From the IMG/VR virus record IMGVR_UViG_3300042695_002264, positions 106,519 through 170,518 of that record: a stretch of 64,000 nucleotides of DNA; one strand, 5' to 3'. Source of the DNA: a virus. Both the position numbers and the translations under genes were made by a program. Of this stretch, positions 37,672 through 48,637 are shown piece by piece. The notes below the pieces were generated by a model that saw nothing but the letters and a program-made list of their open reading frames with translations, was not told the DNA's origin and made no database searches. How positions within the stretch are numbered: the first letter of the stretch is position 1; the number at the start of each line of letters is the position of its first letter.

Positions 37672-39111
37672 TTAAATATATCTTAAAATAACTAAATTTC
37701 TAATAGTTTCATTTTCTGCTTGTTGCGCTGCTTCTTGCTCTGGGGTTATTGTAACTAATCTACCACTATTAATATTCAATGTTTTTGTATTATTGCTGTA
37801 ATATAATCTACCCTCTTGGTACGGAATATTCGTGTCAGAGTTCGGAATAAAATCAATTGTATTAAAATTTCCACTCGTATATTTGACTGTTATGGTTTGT
37901 GATGGGTAACCATCTTTGCTAATCTCTATTCCGCTTACGCCATCTATATTCACTGCACCATATGAATTATTTAAACTTGTAATTCCAGAATTTCCTGCCT
38001 CAATAAGTCCTGTCAAAAATCCAGAAAGATTATCTAAATATCCTGATATAATTTGAATACCAGTATTCAATGTAGAAGTTGCTTGTCCAGAAAAAATATC
38101 AAAAATATCTTTTGTTACTACATTTTTAACATAATTTGCTGAAGCAATTGCGCGACCCCCAAGAACAATATGTAAATTTGTAAGATTATTTAGCCCCCTA
38201 TAGATATCTATTCCAACAATTTGTCTTGGTAAAATATATTTATCTTGACCTATTAAATTAAAAGACGCAAATGTGCCAGTCGGCATTGTAAAATTTGTTA
38301 TTGTTGTTCGCGTATTAGATTTTGGATCACGATAATAAAATCTACCACTAAGCGGCTGCTGAATTGTTAATGGATCGCCATTTCCAATCGTACTAGATCC
38401 AGTTGATGCCGAATAAACACCCCATCTTGTAGCTATAAATTCATTTGGCAAATAATATTCCAGAACGGTTTCTCCAGTTATAGATCCATATTCCAAGAAA
38501 AAAGAAATGGCAGAATCTCCACTACTCATTATTACGCCATCGCTTACATTGGCTTCATTTATATCGTTATATCTCCCTCTTAAAGAAACTATTAAGTCTT
38601 CTGCCCCAGACAATCCAGAATATATATTCCATCCAATAATCGTATCACCGCTAATTGTAGTTTCTGGAATTACTCCAAAATTAAAAAACTCACCAGAATT
38701 TATCCAAAACGAAGTAACTGTTGTTTTGCTATTTGGATCGGTCAAACTTCTAGTATAAAAATCTCCAGTAAGTGGGCCAAATAATAGTTGACTTGGATTT
38801 GACGGATTTACATGCGTTGGTCCAAGACCACTTCTTCCTAAAGAAACGCTCCATCCAGTAACAATATATGATGATGCTGTATATTCCTCATATAATGACA
38901 TTCCAGTATATGGAAAAGATGCAAAATAACTTGGGGGCTGTAGGCCTATTTCGTATGGCAATACAATAAATGGATTTGCTCCAGGCACAGCCAATGGCCT
39001 TCCATCAATAAGTAAAGTTTCTTTCCAATCATCAACTGTCACATGGCTGCCGCTCATAAAAATAGAGGCAACATTCAGATGTGAACTAGATGTTTTAATT
39101 CTATTTTTCAT
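37672..39111 (-). CDS. Fibre-like virion protein with two tandem beta domains
   Basis: Two ~120-aa repeats (EEY..TGW..GDFY..IG.NIYSGL); ITSLNN..GAV fibre repeat; EGRLYY. Confidence 0.55.
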   Translation of the reverse strand: MKNRIKTSSSHLNVASIFMSGSHVTVDDWKETLLIDGRPLAVPGANPFIVLPYEIGLQPPSYFASFPYTGMSLYEEYTASSYIVTGWSVSLGRSGLGPTHVNPSNPSQLLFGPLTGDFYTRSLTDPNSKTTVTSFWINSGEFFNFGVIPETTISGDTIIGWNIYSGLSGAEDLIVSLRGRYNDINEANVSDGVIMSSGDSAISFFLEYGSITGETVLEYYLPNEFIATRWGVYSASTGSSTIGNGDPLTIQQPLSGRFYYRDPKSNTRTTITNFTMPTGTFASFNLIGQDKYILPRQIVGIDIYRGLNNLTNLHIVLGGRAIASANYVKNVVTKDIFDIFSGQATSTLNTGIQIISGYLDNLSGFLTGLIEAGNSGITSLNNSYGAVNIDGVSGIEISKDGYPSQTITVKYTSGNFNTIDFIPNSDTNIPYQEGRLYYSNNTKTLNINSGRLVTITPEQEAAQQAENETIRNLVILRYI

Positions 39112-40547
39112 TATTCAATATATGGAGAAACGCTAAAATTTGTGAAATTTAAGTTTGCAGTGAAAATAACATCATGAACGCCATCCAGACCATCCCCAGG
39201 ATCATTTCCAGAATATCCACTTGCCCATACATACAATCTTTCATCGTTTCCTCCGCTCAAAAAAATGTTATATTTATTTGTGCCACCAAAAAGATCTGAT
39301 TCGTCTTTTATATCAATTTGTAAATTTGTTGCACGTTGAGCCATGAAATATTTTTTACCATATATTCCAAAATTTTTTGCATCAAAACTTGCATCAAAAT
39401 CTGTAATATCATACCTAACGGCCATATAATTTATCTCGCCAAATAAAATTGTTCCCGTTTGAAGAAAAATTCCAGAATATGAAGTTTTTGGAACTTTCAA
39501 GGTTTTCATAATTTCCTTTCCAGATAAGAAAGCTTTCATATGCATATTTGTAGTAAATGTATTATCTACAGACCCACCAAAAGCAACAGCATATGGGTGT
39601 TTAAATGTTTGATTGTTAAAAATTCCATTTATTAATGAAGACCCTGTTACATTAACAAAATTACTTCCAGTATTATTTACAAAAGTCGAAAAACTATTTT
39701 GTAAATATCTAGAATCAACTGAATTAAAAGTATTTATGCCAGTATTTCCCTGCAACCTATTGCGATCTCCATCAATTAAACATGATGTATTTTGATTAAT
39801 TATATTCTCGTTGCCAATATAATTAATATTTAAATTATTACCTGCAAAAAACTGATTAACGCCCCAGCCTCTACCCGTATATCCAACAAAAATACTGTTT
39901 AATCCAGTAACGGTGTTTAGATTAATATCTGAAGTTCCAATCAAAGAAACTGGATTTCCTTGAAGTCCATTTATTGAATTTACCCCAGAAAATGCTGCTT
40001 GACCTGCATCAATAAAAATTGATTGGCCTGTAACAGTAACTTGAGCGCCATTTCTGCCAATTAAAGATATGTTACCAGTGGCATTGTTTAATTTTCCTAT
40101 ACCAGAATTACGAATTGTTAATAAAGTTTTATTAGAATTATATACTGTTTCTATACTATTTGCCCCAGTAATAGAAATCCCACTAATGGCCAATGTGGAT
40201 AAATTAATTGGCCAAACATCAACATTTCCATATCCAGAAATATTCTGAAAGCTAAATCCTCCTCCAGCACCGCCAGAAGATCCAATATAAATTGTGTTTC
40301 CGCTTACTCTCGTATAAATTCCGCTTACTCCAGTGACAGAAACATTTCCAGCCAATCCGCCCAAAGATTGAACAAAATTTCCATTTTCGCCATTTAGTGC
40401 GAAAAATAACGTATTTCCAATAGGAACAGATTTTAATCCAGAAACTCCACTTAAATTGCTATAATTTGGATATAAAGGATCTCCGTATGTTTTAACTAAG
40501 CCAGAAATATCTGGGTGAAGTTGTGAAGCGCGAATTAATGTTCTCAT
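39111..40547 (-). CDS. Fibre protein with VxSLxG..GxV repeats
   Basis: [34 protein letters not shown] repeats. Confidence 0.6.
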   Translation of the reverse strand: MRTLIRASQLHPDISGLVKTYGDPLYPNYSNLSGVSGLKSVPIGNTLFFALNGENGNFVQSLGGLAGNVSVTGVSGIYTRVSGNTIYIGSSGGAGGGFSFQNISGYGNVDVWPINLSTLAISGISITGANSIETVYNSNKTLLTIRNSGIGKLNNATGNISLIGRNGAQVTVTGQSIFIDAGQAAFSGVNSINGLQGNPVSLIGTSDINLNTVTGLNSIFVGYTGRGWGVNQFFAGNNLNINYIGNENIINQNTSCLIDGDRNRLQGNTGINTFNSVDSRYLQNSFSTFVNNTGSNFVNVTGSSLINGIFNNQTFKHPYAVAFGGSVDNTFTTNMHMKAFLSGKEIMKTLKVPKTSYSGIFLQTGTILFGEINYMAVRYDITDFDASFDAKNFGIYGKKYFMAQRATNLQIDIKDESDLFGGTNKYNIFLSGGNDERLYVWASGYSGNDPGDGLDGVHDVIFTANLNFTNFSVSPYIE

Positions 40548-42439
40548 TTTTTAGCGTGATAAAGAATTGCAGCTTCGTCTTGTCCAATTTCGTGATGTGC
40601 AGCAATATCAAAAATTTCTTTTGAAATATTATTTTTTGTCACATCTTGAACTGGATTTTCAATATATTGATTGGCTTTATTTTTCCATTCAGATTTTTCT
40701 TCTGAAGAAATAATTATATTAGCTATATCAGAAGATATTTTTTTCTGTGATTGGTTTAATTTTTTAATTTTATATTTCTTCTTTAGCGTTTCAGAAATTA
40801 AATTTTCTAATTCATCTTTTTCTTTTAATACAGAGGCGATAAGAGTAGTACTAAATTTGTAAGACGCAACAGATCTCTGACCAGCTGGAGTAATTTTTTG
40901 CGTTGTTTGTTTTGTCGATATACCCGATGGCCTTCCAGATTGTTCTACGCCCTGCTTTGGATTTAATAATGGTGCATAAAATCCTTGCTCTTTTTCTGAA
41001 ATCATTTCCTTTTGAGACTCTTCAAGCTCGTAAGGCTCTGGCAATACATTAGTATTAATTGCAGATATTGCATCTTTTGGGGAAATTGCTCCAAGCTCAA
41101 GAAGTCTAGTATATACCCTAGAAAGCACAGCCGAATCATTTCTAAAATTATGTGTTTTCCATTTTGGAACAGGAACAGACTTAAAATTCATAGTTTTTGC
41201 TATATCACGAATTTGTGGCTCTAAAAATTTATTCATGAATTCGTGTCTTGCAAATTCAAGTCTTTTAAAGAAAGCATCCATTTTGGCGCTAGCATTTGCA
41301 TATTTATCATCGCCAAAAATAATATTATTTAAGCCAAGTCGAATATCTCTATCTACAATTTCGTATTTTTTTGGATCAAGAATATCGCCAATTTGTGGAA
41401 TTACGAATTGTGCTTTTGTTGTATAATCCGCTATTAAAACTCTTCCAACGCTACCATTTTCAAAAATTTTACGAAGCACTTCCTGGCTTTTTTGGCTTGG
41501 TGGCCCAAGCTGTTCATCGCCTTGAGTAATTAATAATACAGCTTGTTGAATTGTTCTAGAAATAGCCATATCAACCTTTTTAAGCTCAAGCTTCCAGTTT
41601 ATATCCTCTAATACAGGGAATCCCATCGGAACAGCCAATGGCTCATAATCCTGCTTTTTATAAAAAATACTAACAAGACGCTCAGAGTCCAAAGAAATTT
41701 CCAAAGACTGATTTCCATTTTTTATATTTCTAAGCTCTGGTATTGTAGATGCTATTTTCTTATCTTCTTCATTGCTTGGTCTTAATAGGGCACCAATCTC
41801 AAAAGAATTTAGTCTTTTTCTATATATTGGCGCAGTAAAGCTAGAAGAAGCTAATACTTGTATATCATATGGATTTAATATAATATATTTAAGTGGCACC
41901 TTCAATGCAGCTTCCGCAATATTCATTTGTTGAAGTTTTCGCAAACTTTCTCTTGGAAATTCTCCAAATAGTTTATATACAAAAACATTTCCACTACGAA
42001 AATATTCTCGAAAAAACATATCGGTTAACTGCCACAAATTAATTTTTTCAGCCCAAATATTAAAAAAGTTTCTTGACTCTTTGTTTCCGCCAGAAAATGT
42101 AATTTCTGAGATTGCAAATTCTGTCATTAAGTCAATTGTGTTTCTAAAAATTGGCACATTCCAATATGCCTTTTGACACAATAAAATAGTATCTTGCAAT
42201 GAGATATTTGTAGCATATCTACTGCTATTTTTTTCATATAAAAATGGAGCAACGCCAGCTTCAAGATTAGCAAATCTTTGAATTCTGGTTATGCTACCAG
42301 CAGAATTTGACCTTGAGCCTCTCTCTGGAGTCGTATCGCAAGAGCCAATTAGCTTATCATAATCATCCAAGCTAGCTGTTAATGGCTCCGAAATCTCCCT
42401 TTTGCTCTTTTTAGACCTTGTACCTTTTTTAGATATCAT
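40544..42439 (-). CDS. Portal protein
   Basis: Adjacent to terminase; [38 protein letters not shown]. Confidence 0.85.
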   Translation of the reverse strand: MISKKGTRSKKSKREISEPLTASLDDYDKLIGSCDTTPERGSRSNSAGSITRIQRFANLEAGVAPFLYEKNSSRYATNISLQDTILLCQKAYWNVPIFRNTIDLMTEFAISEITFSGGNKESRNFFNIWAEKINLWQLTDMFFREYFRSGNVFVYKLFGEFPRESLRKLQQMNIAEAALKVPLKYIILNPYDIQVLASSSFTAPIYRKRLNSFEIGALLRPSNEEDKKIASTIPELRNIKNGNQSLEISLDSERLVSIFYKKQDYEPLAVPMGFPVLEDINWKLELKKVDMAISRTIQQAVLLITQGDEQLGPPSQKSQEVLRKIFENGSVGRVLIADYTTKAQFVIPQIGDILDPKKYEIVDRDIRLGLNNIIFGDDKYANASAKMDAFFKRLEFARHEFMNKFLEPQIRDIAKTMNFKSVPVPKWKTHNFRNDSAVLSRVYTRLLELGAISPKDAISAINTNVLPEPYELEESQKEMISEKEQGFYAPLLNPKQGVEQSGRPSGISTKQTTQKITPAGQRSVASYKFSTTLIASVLKEKDELENLISETLKKKYKIKKLNQSQKKISSDIANIIISSEEKSEWKNKANQYIENPVQDVTKNNISKEIFDIAAHHEIGQDEAAILYHAKK

Positions 42440-42495
42440 ATGCAGTTATTTATTACAGTAATGTATTCTGAAATTCATTTTATTTAAAAATTAAA

Positions 42496-44400
42496 TTAAA
42501 TTAGAGTTGGTATAAACTGTTCTCTTTTAATTTGAACATGGGTTTTGATTAATTCAAAATAACACTTTACGCCCCAGTTTCCTAATAATAGGGTGCTATA
42601 GTTATCTTTTCTAGGTTTATTATTTGCCGTTGAAGTTCTGGCCGATCTTGGAAGGTCAAAGCTTTGATGACCTCTGGAGGTTGATGTTACCTCAATATTT
42701 GCACACTGTTCTTTTGTTGAAATAATAATATCATCCTGAAGTTCAATAAATTCTCTTATTGATAATTTTCTATTATCTTCTTTAGAGTCGCCCTCTATAA
42801 CGCCAGATCCATGAGGAAATACTAATTTTAATGGAATTCTTAAATTAAACATATAAGACATATATTCTGGATGATTGCTCGCGCGAGAAGCAAACCATAT
42901 TTTTTTATGATCAATGCATGACTGCAAATAAGAATTAGATCTCATAATCCAATCCGTGCTTGGCGTTTGTCTAATGCACATGCATCCCATGTCTGGACTA
43001 TATTGTTTTTTTGCTTTAATAAGCATATCCACTTGATCCTGACCATCTTTAGTAGAATCCCATTCTGTTATATATGTTATTTTCTTATTTGCACCTTTAA
43101 ACAATTCGCTTTCATTGCATGCATCAATTATTGTATCTATGTTTGAAGAGTCTGCTATAATTAAAACCGTATTAAAATGCGTTAATACATAATAGATATA
43201 TTTTATGTGGTCCTGTAAATCTGCGCCAATTCTTTGATAGCCATGTACCAAAACCCCTTCTTCTTTTTCTTCATCAATCTCTATAACCGACATTGCAAAA
43301 AAGTCTGATGATGCACTTTTTGAATAATTTGGGTCAATTGATAATATATATTTTTTTAAAGGATCACCAGTAACTTTAGAATGTGGATATTCACCATCTG
43401 GAATGGTACATTCATTCATTTTACGCATGGAAAAATATCCATCGCCACCATCACGAAATTGTGCGCCATATTCGCGTTGAAATGAATCTTCTGATATACT
43501 TGCTCTTTGTGACTGAATAAACTCTCGGTTTAATATGGTTGCTGGTATAGCTTCCCATCCCATTTGTGATATAAAATAAGTTGGCCTTTCCTCTTCCTTA
43601 TTATTCATCGTCAAAATATCTGGACGTTCTACAAAATCATTCCAGTCAGAGTACATTTTATATAAATGCTGAAATTGATAAGATGCAGATGACAAGCAAA
43701 TCATTTGCGCGGCATTTTCAAAAATCATTTTATTATTAGGATGTAATGTGCCAGCTTTAATTAGCTCGTCCTCTAATTTTCTAACTTTAATTCTAAACGC
43801 AGCATCTCTTGGTGAAGACAGGAATGGTGCTAATACATCATTAATCATCTGTGGAGATAATAGCAAAACCTCATCAAGGATAAGAACGTCACAGCGCATA
43901 CCTCGCGTATCTTCAGAAAGTGGAATGGCGCATATATATCCACCATTAACGTCCCATTGAAATTTATCGTTTCTTAAATATGGTTTTTTGTCAAAGCATG
44001 ATCTTGCAAGCTGAGCTTCTTCTGTGTTTAATAGCCTTACAATTTCTTCAAAAATTCTACGGCTTGTTCTAAAATTCGCTGAAGCAATAACAATTCTAGT
44101 ACCAGGCTCAAATATGCATTTTAATATACAATACCAACCAGCTAAAGTAGATTTCCCACCACCACGACTAAAAATAAGCATGCAATTATTCTTTTCAAAC
44201 ATTGCATTTATATGCATAACCTGCATAGGCTCCATATTAATACCAAGAATTAATTGTGATGTAAATCCAATATTATGGCGCAAAAATTTTGCTAAAGTTA
44301 TTTTAGCCGTTCTATCATCAAGCTCTCCATGAAGATTTAGCAGTTCTTTATTTACATCTGCTATATCTTTTACTGGTTGATTTCCTGCCCAAATTGCCAT
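42496..44400 (-). CDS. terL: Terminase large subunit
   Basis: Walker A SRGGGKST, RG.R..LILDE (Walker B), FQREYGAQF, RNase H-like SIDP..SDFFA, RKD. Confidence 0.92.
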   Translation of the reverse strand: MAIWAGNQPVKDIADVNKELLNLHGELDDRTAKITLAKFLRHNIGFTSQLILGINMEPMQVMHINAMFEKNNCMLIFSRGGGKSTLAGWYCILKCIFEPGTRIVIASANFRTSRRIFEEIVRLLNTEEAQLARSCFDKKPYLRNDKFQWDVNGGYICAIPLSEDTRGMRCDVLILDEVLLLSPQMINDVLAPFLSSPRDAAFRIKVRKLEDELIKAGTLHPNNKMIFENAAQMICLSSASYQFQHLYKMYSDWNDFVERPDILTMNNKEEERPTYFISQMGWEAIPATILNREFIQSQRASISEDSFQREYGAQFRDGGDGYFSMRKMNECTIPDGEYPHSKVTGDPLKKYILSIDPNYSKSASSDFFAMSVIEIDEEKEEGVLVHGYQRIGADLQDHIKYIYYVLTHFNTVLIIADSSNIDTIIDACNESELFKGANKKITYITEWDSTKDGQDQVDMLIKAKKQYSPDMGCMCIRQTPSTDWIMRSNSYLQSCIDHKKIWFASRASNHPEYMSYMFNLRIPLKLVFPHGSGVIEGDSKEDNRKLSIREFIELQDDIIISTKEQCANIEVTSTSRGHQSFDLPRSARTSTANNKPRKDNYSTLLLGNWGVKCYFELIKTHVQIKREQFIPTLI

Positions 44401-44401
44401 A

Positions 44402-45322
44402 CTATATTATTTCTTTTTCAATGCAATATTGCAAATCTATTTTTTTAACTTCATCACCAAGGCCTAAAATTTTTAAAATTAAATCAGTCATATGCTTTCT
44501 GCCATCACAATATACAATTTGAAAACATTCATATTTTTTATATAAATCTCTAACCCGATGAAATATATACTCTGGGCTTGTTGCAAACCACCGTTTTTTA
44601 TTATAGGCCAAAGAGCTATATGATGCTTCGACCATTATAATAATATATCCATTATTATTTTGCGCTCTTAACAGTTCCCTTTCAAACCTTTCAAGGTTGG
44701 CACCAAAAGTTCCAAAAAAATCACTGAAACTTTTACGCTCAATAACAATTCTTGAAGCTGGAGATAATGCATAGTCGCCATAATCAAGCGCAACATTTAC
44801 TTTTCTCAAATCTTTTGCAAATTTTAAAGGTCTTTTTTCGCGGGTGTCAATTACTATTTGCTTTGCAGGTTTTGAATTAGTAGCTCGTATATCTAAATTA
44901 TAATAATCATATTTAGACTCTTTATTGCTTTTGATACATATTTCATTATAGTTAGCCGAGCATAATTTTTCTATAAACCTAATTGATGGTAAACAGCTTA
45001 CTGTTTGTACAAAAAATTCTGGTGGTGCATTTTTTAAATTTTTAATATCACAGTATTTTTTAATTTTTCCAGATATATAATCTAAAGCTTTTTCTTTACC
45101 AACTTTAGCAAGCCAAGATTTCATAGAAATTTTATCTTCAAAATCTGAAAGAAAATACTGCTCTACTGATTTGAAATGTATTTTTTTCTTGTTTGATAGG
45201 TCATGTCTGGGATAAAATTGTTCGAAATATCTTTTTTGAGATATCTTGTGTTGCTTTAAATGTTTTGAAAGCTCTATCACGCCACTAAATTTTTTAGTGC
45301 AAAATTCACATTTAAGTTCCAT
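44402..45322 (-). CDS. C2H2 zinc finger + ERCC4 (XPF/Mus81-type) nuclease
   Basis: C-x2-C-x12-H-x3-H at the N-terminus; IDTRE, LDYGDY, IERKS.SDF. Confidence 0.85.
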   Translation of the reverse strand: MELKCEFCTKKFSGVIELSKHLKQHKISQKRYFEQFYPRHDLSNKKKIHFKSVEQYFLSDFEDKISMKSWLAKVGKEKALDYISGKIKKYCDIKNLKNAPPEFFVQTVSCLPSIRFIEKLCSANYNEICIKSNKESKYDYYNLDIRATNSKPAKQIVIDTREKRPLKFAKDLRKVNVALDYGDYALSPASRIVIERKSFSDFFGTFGANLERFERELLRAQNNNGYIIIMVEASYSSLAYNKKRWFATSPEYIFHRVRDLYKKYECFQIVYCDGRKHMTDLILKILGLGDEVKKIDLQYCIEKEII

Positions 45323-45323
45323 A

Positions 45324-46436
45324 TTAACCCACCAATTCTTCTATTGTTGCTCCGCGAAGAAGAGCTTTTATTTCACTCATTGAATTAATACGACCAGCCT
45401 CCTCTTTTATTTTCATTTTTTCTAGATCAGCTAGGTGTATTGTTTTTTTTCTAAACTCTTCATCTTTCCAAGCTTGTACTAAATTTATAAGCTTTTCAAA
45501 TCCATCGCTTTTTTCTTCTAAGCGTTTATTTCTTTTTGTTGTTAAATCGTTATATAATTTTGTTTTAATATTTTCGCATGAATTAAGCTCAGTCTGCAGT
45601 ACATTTATAGCCTCGTTCATTTTCATAGAAATTTCTCCTGCGGCCATGGTTGCGCGCAGAGATTCTATTCGCCTTTGAATTTCAGCCGCTCTTACAATTT
45701 GATTGCACAAAGTAATAAATTGATCCAAATCTTCCTGTGTTAAATCTGGCTTATCATGAGTATATCGAATAAAAGCATCTTCAAAAAGATCTCGATCTCC
45801 TTGAATTTTATAAGTATTAATTTGATATATGAAGCGAAATATATTTAAATATTTTTTAAGCTGCTGCATTTCAAAAAGCTGTTGTTTTTTTAATACCTCT
45901 TCGTTATATCCATAATTTAAATATTTATTTACGCGTTCAATTGTTTGTTTTAAAGTTTTTGGTGGTTTATATTCAGAATCTATTAACTCTTCTGGATTAT
46001 AATTAATATTAACAATTTCTAGTTCGTCTTTTGGCTGCGGTATATTATCTCTTTTAATAGTATCTTTAATTTCTTCAATTTTTGCATTAATTGTTCTATA
46101 CTCTTGACTTAAATTGGTAAGAGCATCATTATTAAAAAGTTCTTTTGCTATCTCTAGCGCGCTTTTAACTCTAAAATTATTTTGTATATAAATAACCTGC
46201 TCTTCTGTTAAATCAATAAATCCTTTTAAAATAACCGTTCTTGTTTTAAATTTCAGCCCACTCTCTTTGCAGAAGGCTTTAATTGCCCTAGCTTCTTTTG
46301 TTTTTCCATCCAGAGCATCATTTTCAAAAACACTCTTGACAATGTTTGAAAGTTCAGGCTCCAAATCTACAGAAAAAAAATCAAGCACTTTCTTTTTGTG
46401 CTCTTCAGAAAGTTCAAAATTTACTGAATCAGACAT
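45324..46436 (-). CDS. Hypothetical helical protein, possible terminase small subunit
   Basis: HTH-like segment plus coiled-coil, upstream of terL. Confidence 0.35.
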   Translation of the reverse strand: MSDSVNFELSEEHKKKVLDFFSVDLEPELSNIVKSVFENDALDGKTKEARAIKAFCKESGLKFKTRTVILKGFIDLTEEQVIYIQNNFRVKSALEIAKELFNNDALTNLSQEYRTINAKIEEIKDTIKRDNIPQPKDELEIVNINYNPEELIDSEYKPPKTLKQTIERVNKYLNYGYNEEVLKKQQLFEMQQLKKYLNIFRFIYQINTYKIQGDRDLFEDAFIRYTHDKPDLTQEDLDQFITLCNQIVRAAEIQRRIESLRATMAAGEISMKMNEAINVLQTELNSCENIKTKLYNDLTTKRNKRLEEKSDGFEKLINLVQAWKDEEFRKKTIHLADLEKMKIKEEAGRINSMSEIKALLRGATIEELVG

Positions 46437-46437
46437 A

Positions 46438-47121
46438 TTACATTATCATTTCTTTGACAATTTTCTTTGCTTTTATTACAATCTGCGCTCTTATTTTTTT
46501 AACAAATTTATATCCAGTTTTTGTAGATCCATTTTTATAACCAAGCATTGTTATAACTTCTGTTTCTGGATATCCATCTACAAATAAATATGTATAAACC
46601 TTTTGCTGAACTGGCGTTAAAGATTTTAACATTTCGCTATGAACTTTTGGAACAAACGATTCAAAATCAAAACCGCTGGAATCTGATGCGCGAGCATCAA
46701 ACTCATTGCCCTCACCAAAAATTCTTTCATCATTTACGCTAACTGGCAACTTAACATCATAAGCATGTTTCTTTGTTTTCTCCCATTTTGCATAATCAGC
46801 ACATTTAGAAGATTGAACATTATATAATTTACAATTATTTCCGCCAGCATTATGTGGACAATTTAAGCATGGTCGGGCATAGTTAGAGTAATTATTTCTA
46901 ACAAGATTTATAATCTGATTTGTAATAACAGTATTTAGCCACGGAAGTAGCGCCATCTCTGGATTCCACTTTTCCCATTTTTTAAAAATATGCAGTCTTA
47001 ACTTTTGCTCTACATCATTAAAATCCATCCATGCAATGGATGTTAATTTCCACTGAGAACGTCTTTTAGCTATCTCTTGATTTATTATATCCAAGCAGGA
47101 CTCGAAAGATGGGCGTTCCAT
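46438..47121 (-). CDS. Divergent phage sigma factor with 4-Cys insert
   Basis: DVEQKLRLHIFKKW..WLNTVITNQIINLVR (region 2); LTPVQQKVY..GY.ETEV..LG (region 4). Confidence 0.7.
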   Translation of the reverse strand: MERPSFESCLDIINQEIAKRRSQWKLTSIAWMDFNDVEQKLRLHIFKKWEKWNPEMALLPWLNTVITNQIINLVRNNYSNYARPCLNCPHNAGGNNCKLYNVQSSKCADYAKWEKTKKHAYDVKLPVSVNDERIFGEGNEFDARASDSSGFDFESFVPKVHSEMLKSLTPVQQKVYTYLFVDGYPETEVITMLGYKNGSTKTGYKFVKKIRAQIVIKAKKIVKEMIM

Positions 47122-47123
47122 AC

Positions 47124-47597
47124 TTATTCTTCGTTATCTATCATATCAATATTATTTTGATAATTTCGACCTGACATCTTAGCTTCAGAAACAAAACTTT
47201 CAGGTAGTGTTTTTGCTATTTTTTTTCTTCCACGCTTTTGCTTCGCTGATTGCTTTATAGATGTAGATTGTTTTTTCTGGCTTGGCTCATCTGATACTAA
47301 ATCGCCAAGCCTAATTCCGTTGCTTTGATTATTTTTTTCTATATTTACATCAAGGCCACGCATTGAACTATAATCACCAATAATTTCAGGATCAAATACT
47401 TCATCCACATGATCAACGCTATCCTTTTTATTTACAGCGATTGGATTTGTTATATTAACTTGAAATTGATTTGATTTAATAATACTTGTTTGCGGTGCCA
47501 CAATAGAAAATGAAGACCCACAATGAGAACAAAATTTTGGTTTTTGAAATTGGTAAAGGTTTTTACCGCCACACTTTGGACAAAAATAACTTAACAT
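47124..47597 (-). CDS. Zinc-ribbon protein
   Basis: FCPKCG..KPKFCSHCG; preceded by TAGATT-N17-TAGAAT (47623-47651). Confidence 0.7.
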   Translation of the reverse strand: MLSYFCPKCGGKNLYQFQKPKFCSHCGSSFSIVAPQTSIIKSNQFQVNITNPIAVNKKDSVDHVDEVFDPEIIGDYSSMRGLDVNIEKNNQSNGIRLGDLVSDEPSQKKQSTSIKQSAKQKRGRKKIAKTLPESFVSEAKMSGRNYQNNIDMIDNEE

Positions 47598-47664
47598 AAT
47601 TAAAATAAATTTATTATGTATTATTCTACAAAATAATAGAATAAAAATCTAATTTTAATTTATT

Positions 47665-48516
47665 TTATAATTTTTGGCTTGGGCACCAGCTATCTTGATA
47701 AACTTGAGAAATGTTTGTGCTATGAGCTTTAGTTTTCTTTTCTTTTTCTTTTTCAGCTAATTTGATTGCATCTTCTTTTTTGCGCTCTGTTATTTTTTTA
47801 ACCACAAATTTGCAAAGCTCAGATCTTAAAATATCATCCTCTGTAAATTGAAAATGATGGATTCCCATCCTTTTTGATTCTTCGCATGAGAATAATTCAA
47901 CAATTTTATCAAAAGCACCCTGTTTATTAAATGGAAGATCTGACTGCGATGAATCTGCACATATAATCATTTTTGTAAATTTTCCAATTCTTGTAAGTAA
48001 TGTGGCAAACTCTGATAATGTGGCGTTTTGCATTTCGTCCATAAGCACTACCCTTGCTGCAAAACTCAGTCCACGACAAAAGTTAATAGGCTGATTTGTA
48101 ATTCTATTATCTGTTTTTAATCTTTTTATCTGATCAATTGGCAAAAGTTCTTCTAGCTTGTCAGCAAATGGCATCATATAGACATCATATTTAGATTGCA
48201 GATCGCCAGGCAAATATCCAAGCTTTGAATCGGCACTTTCTACAGCCGCTCTAACACATATAATATCAGAGACCTTTTTATCATTTAACATTTGAAGTGC
48301 GGCCCTAACAGCAATTAATGTTTTGGATGAGCCAGCTGGTCCACTTACAAAAACAATTCTGGCTTCTTTATTATTAATTAAATTAAAAAATTCTTTTTGC
48401 TTGCTAGTCCACTCCAACTCTCTTACTTTTAATTCAAAATCAATTTTGTCTCTTTGATATATTTTTGGACTTTTATCCTCAATACGTACCTTTTTACTTC
48501 TTTTTTGATGTGACAT
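47665..48516 (-). CDS. phoH: PhoH-family ATPase
   Basis: GPAGSSKT, R.AVE..LGYLPGD, RGLSF, DEMQN, LTRIG, QSDL, DILRS. Confidence 0.92.
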   Translation of the reverse strand: MSHQKRSKKVRIEDKSPKIYQRDKIDFELKVRELEWTSKQKEFFNLINNKEARIVFVSGPAGSSKTLIAVRAALQMLNDKKVSDIICVRAAVESADSKLGYLPGDLQSKYDVYMMPFADKLEELLPIDQIKRLKTDNRITNQPINFCRGLSFAARVVLMDEMQNATLSEFATLLTRIGKFTKMIICADSSQSDLPFNKQGAFDKIVELFSCEESKRMGIHHFQFTEDDILRSELCKFVVKKITERKKEDAIKLAEKEKEKKTKAHSTNISQVYQDSWCPSQKL

Positions 48517-48637
48517 ACGCTTAATAGCAATTACATTGTTTTAATTACAAATAATATCATTTTTCATTTAATTGAATAATTAATATTTAAATTTATAATA
48601 TAGGTGTATCGCGCTATAAGATCTGTAATATTTACCA
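48517..48637. promoter_or_regulatory. Divergent promoter region with back-to-back TGTAAT motifs
   Basis: Minus-strand TGTAAT at 48530-48535 and 48544-48549; plus-strand TGTAAT at 48624-48629, 8 nt before ATG. Confidence 0.6.

Noticed and set aside
42496-44400. Intein or intron in terminase
   Set aside because: Length and motif order are normal; no splicing or homing-endonuclease motifs seen
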